From positions 1 to 7,424 of IMG/VR virus record IMGVR_UViG_2645728091_000002: 7,424 bases of DNA, one strand, 5' to 3'. The notes under the pieces were generated by a model. The model saw only the letters and a list, made by a program, of their open reading frames with translations, did not search any database and had not been told where the DNA came from. A program made the position numbers and the translations under genes. Below, piece after piece: positions 6,044 to 7,424 of the stretch. The first letter of the stretch is position 1; each line of letters begins with the position of its first letter. The stretch is from a virus. Its lineage: Duplodnaviria; Heunggongvirae; Uroviricota; Caudoviricetes.

Positions 6044-6259
6044 ATGACACCTCAGCAAGAAAACGCCCTTCGCAGTATTGCCCGTCAGGCTAATTCTGAA
6101 ATCAAAAAAGCCAGACAGCAGTTTCCGGATAAAAACGTCGATGACATTTGCCGTAGCGTACTGAAGAAGCACCGCGAAACGGTAACGCTGATGGGATTCA
6201 CACCGACTCATTTAAGCCTGGCGATCGGCATGTTAAACGGCGTCTTTAAGGAACGGTGA
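6044..6259 (+). CDS. Small basic protein (71 aa from this start), orf61-like position; start codon uncertain (alternative ATG at 5978 gives 93 aa)
   Basis: MTPQQENALRSIARQANSEIKKARQQFPDKNVDDICRSVLKKHRETVTLMGFTPTHLSLAIGMLNGVFKER. The ATG at 6044 overlaps the stop of a 27-aa upstream ORF (ATGA). Weak Shine-Dalgarno for either start. Confidence 0.6.
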   Translation: MTPQQENALRSIARQANSEIKKARQQFPDKNVDDICRSVLKKHRETVTLMGFTPTHLSLAIGMLNGVFKER

Positions 6260-6281
6260 GCATGAAAAACAAAATCATCAT

Positions 6282-6302
6282 GGAGCTACAGGCTCCTTTT
6301 TT
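6282..6302 (+). terminator. Rho-independent terminator in the distal pL operon
   Basis: GGAGC(6282-6286)-TACAG-GCTCC(6292-6296) followed by TTTTTTATTATT. Confidence 0.65.
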
Positions 6303-6357
6303 ATTATTCGCATTCACCCTCAAGCGTATTAACCAACAATTCAGGGATTAATGAAAG

Positions 6358-6579
6358 ATGGCAGACATCATTGATTCAGCATCAGAAATTGAAGAATTAC
6401 AGCGCAACACAGCAATAAAAATGCGCCGCCTGAACCACCAGGCTATATCTGCCACTCATTGTTGTGAGTGTGGCGATCCGATAGATGAACGAAGACGCTT
6501 GGCCGTTCAGGGTTGTCGGACTTGTGCAAGTTGCCAGGAGGATCTGGAACTTATCAGTAAACAGAGAGGTTCGAAGTGA
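6358..6579 (+). CDS. DksA/TraR-family C4 zinc-finger protein (73 aa), a probable RNA-polymerase secondary-channel binding regulator
   Basis: C-x2-C … C-x2-C motif (CCECGDPIDERRRLAVQGCRTCASC) and overall similarity to F-plasmid TraR (…CEACGNPIPEARRK…C..C) as I recall it. The 73-aa size is typical of phage TraR-like proteins. Confidence 0.8.
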   Translation: MADIIDSASEIEELQRNTAIKMRRLNHQAISATHCCECGDPIDERRRLAVQGCRTCASCQEDLELISKQRGSK

Positions 6580-6731
6580 GCGAAATTAACTAGAAGCCAA
6601 AGATAAAATCATCGCTGAGCAGGAGAAAATCGCTAACGGAGAAAAGACAGTAAGTCAGTATATGAAAACCGCATGATATCATCAGATAAAAATCGATCGT
6701 AAAGCGAAATATTAATACCAGAATAAACGAG

Positions 6732-6755
6732 TCGAGGTAAATTATATTACCTCGA
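6732..6755. terminator. Inverted repeat (9-bp arms, 6-bp spacer) between convergent genes; probable terminator for the minus-strand membrane-protein gene, possibly bidirectional
   Basis: TCGAGGTAA(6732-6740)-ATTATA-TTACCTCGA(6747-6755). On the minus strand the hairpin is followed by a T-rich run (complement of 6716-6731). It lies about 35 bp beyond the minus-gene stop at 6790-6792. Confidence 0.5.
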
Positions 6756-6789
6756 TAAATTAACTAAAACTTGCCCGCTATATACTATC

Positions 6790-7320
6790 TCATTCAGTAT
6801 CATCACGCGCGGTCTGTGCATATGTTACTACCGCACCTAATGTATTAATTTTCTTTTCAACATAGATAATATTATCGTACTCATAATTGCCATACGGATA
6901 GCAAATGCGAATATTCTCATGTAGATCGGGGTCATCCACCTCAGCTCCAGAACAACTTTTTGAACTACCGGAAGTATACCGATACGGTGCAACATAAGAC
7001 GATGTCTCTCCAGGCAAAAAATAAGTTAGTGTTGTAAGGGGTATAATCAGAAAAAATCCAGCAAATATGCACATCCCTGCATAAACCTTAAGGTATGCTG
7101 ACAGACTCTTCCAGCCGCTTTGTTTTACTATCCCCTTCTTAACCCAAAACAGAGATAACAGAAAAGCTATTCCCATGCTAAACAGAATGTAATAGTGGGA
7201 TATACTCTGATTAAGAAACGTGACCCTGTAAATATCTGCCCGCCACCAGAAGAAAAGGAAAATAAAGATCAGGCCTGAAACTGTCATGCAAATCAAATAA
7301 GGATACGAATCTTTTTTCAT
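6790..7320 (-). CDS. A+T-rich accessory (moron-like) membrane protein, 176 aa, three predicted TM helices plus a Cys-containing C-terminal soluble domain; function unknown
   Basis: Long uninterrupted ORF in strongly A+T-rich DNA, where chance ORFs are disfavoured. Lys-rich N-terminus MKKDSYPY followed by hydrophobic segments LICMTVSGLIFIFLFFWW, YYILFSMGIAFLLSLFWV and VYAGMCIFAGFFLIIPLTTLTYFL. Convergent with the pL operon. Its start codon is 9 bp from the IS10-type end. Confidence 0.7.
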   Translation of the reverse strand: MKKDSYPYLICMTVSGLIFIFLFFWWRADIYRVTFLNQSISHYYILFSMGIAFLLSLFWVKKGIVKQSGWKSLSAYLKVYAGMCIFAGFFLIIPLTTLTYFLPGETSSYVAPYRYTSGSSKSCSGAEVDDPDLHENIRICYPYGNYEYDNIIYVEKKINTLGAVVTYAQTARDDTE

Positions 7321-7328
7321 GTTTAGCG

Positions 7329-7424
7329 CTGATGAATCCCCTAATGATTTTTATCAAAATCATTAAGTTAAGGTAGATACACATCTTGTCATATGATCAA
7401 ATGGTTTCGCCAAAAATCAATAAT
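7329..7424 (+). mobile_element. Outside end of an IS10-type element (Tn10 family); element continues beyond the window, transposase gene expected on the + strand just past 7424
   Basis: CTGATGAATCCCCTAATGATTTTTATCAAAATCATTAAGTTAAGGTAGATACACATCTTGTCATATGATCAAATGGTTTCGCCAAAAATCAATAAT matches the IS10 outside-end sequence as I recall it, including the terminal CTGATGAATCCCC, the near-palindrome around AATGATTTT…AAAATCATT and the TTAAGTTAAGG IHF-site region. Flanking 9 bp TGTTTAGCG (7320-7328) resembles the IS10 target consensus NGCTNAGCN. Confidence 0.85.

Noticed and set aside
7342-7365. Near-perfect 24-bp palindrome TAATGATTTTTATCAAAATCATTA just upstream of the membrane-protein gene, initially considered as an operator for that gene
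   Set aside because: It lies inside the IS10-type outside end (element starts at 7329) and corresponds to the known symmetric sequence of the IS10 terminus, not a regulatory site of the adjacent gene.
1-7424. CRISPR arrays, tRNA or rRNA genes, integrase or attachment site
   Set aside because: No regularly spaced direct repeats, no cloverleaf-capable tRNA-like sequence and no int/xis-like ORF are present. The int-proximal part of the prophage would lie beyond or has been displaced by the IS10-type element.

Overview
This window is a replication-defective fragment of a mosaic lambdoid prophage, bounded on both sides by insertion-sequence ends. Positions 1-95 are the end of an IS50-like (IS4-family) element: a transposase C-terminal fragment plus a 19-bp terminal repeat. 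It is inserted inside a lambda-type O replication gene, which it truncates at codon 121 within the first ori iteron. Next comes a P22-type immunity region: c1 (cII-like), nutR, cro, OR/pR/pRM, and a c2 repressor with LexA-type autocleavage motifs, followed by a terminator, OL/pL and nutL. The leftward operon runs on the + strand: an N-like antiterminator with an unusual arginine-rich motif, a translationally coupled 149-aa membrane protein at the sieB position, and a structured non-coding segment. It continues with a lambda-like block (ea10-like, cIII, kil, gam, bet, exo, orf60a-like, orf63-like, orf61-like) and a TraR/DksA-type zinc-finger protein. The right end holds an A+T-rich, convergently oriented 176-aa membrane protein gene. 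Its start codon sits 9 bp from an IS10-type outside end (7329-7424) that continues beyond the window. No tRNA, rRNA or CRISPR array is visible. All protein identities are from my recollection of family sequences and motifs, not database searches. The most interesting candidates are the two A+T-rich membrane-protein genes in classic accessory positions, one of which has been rewired by IS10. I cannot show from sequence alone that either is a new system.
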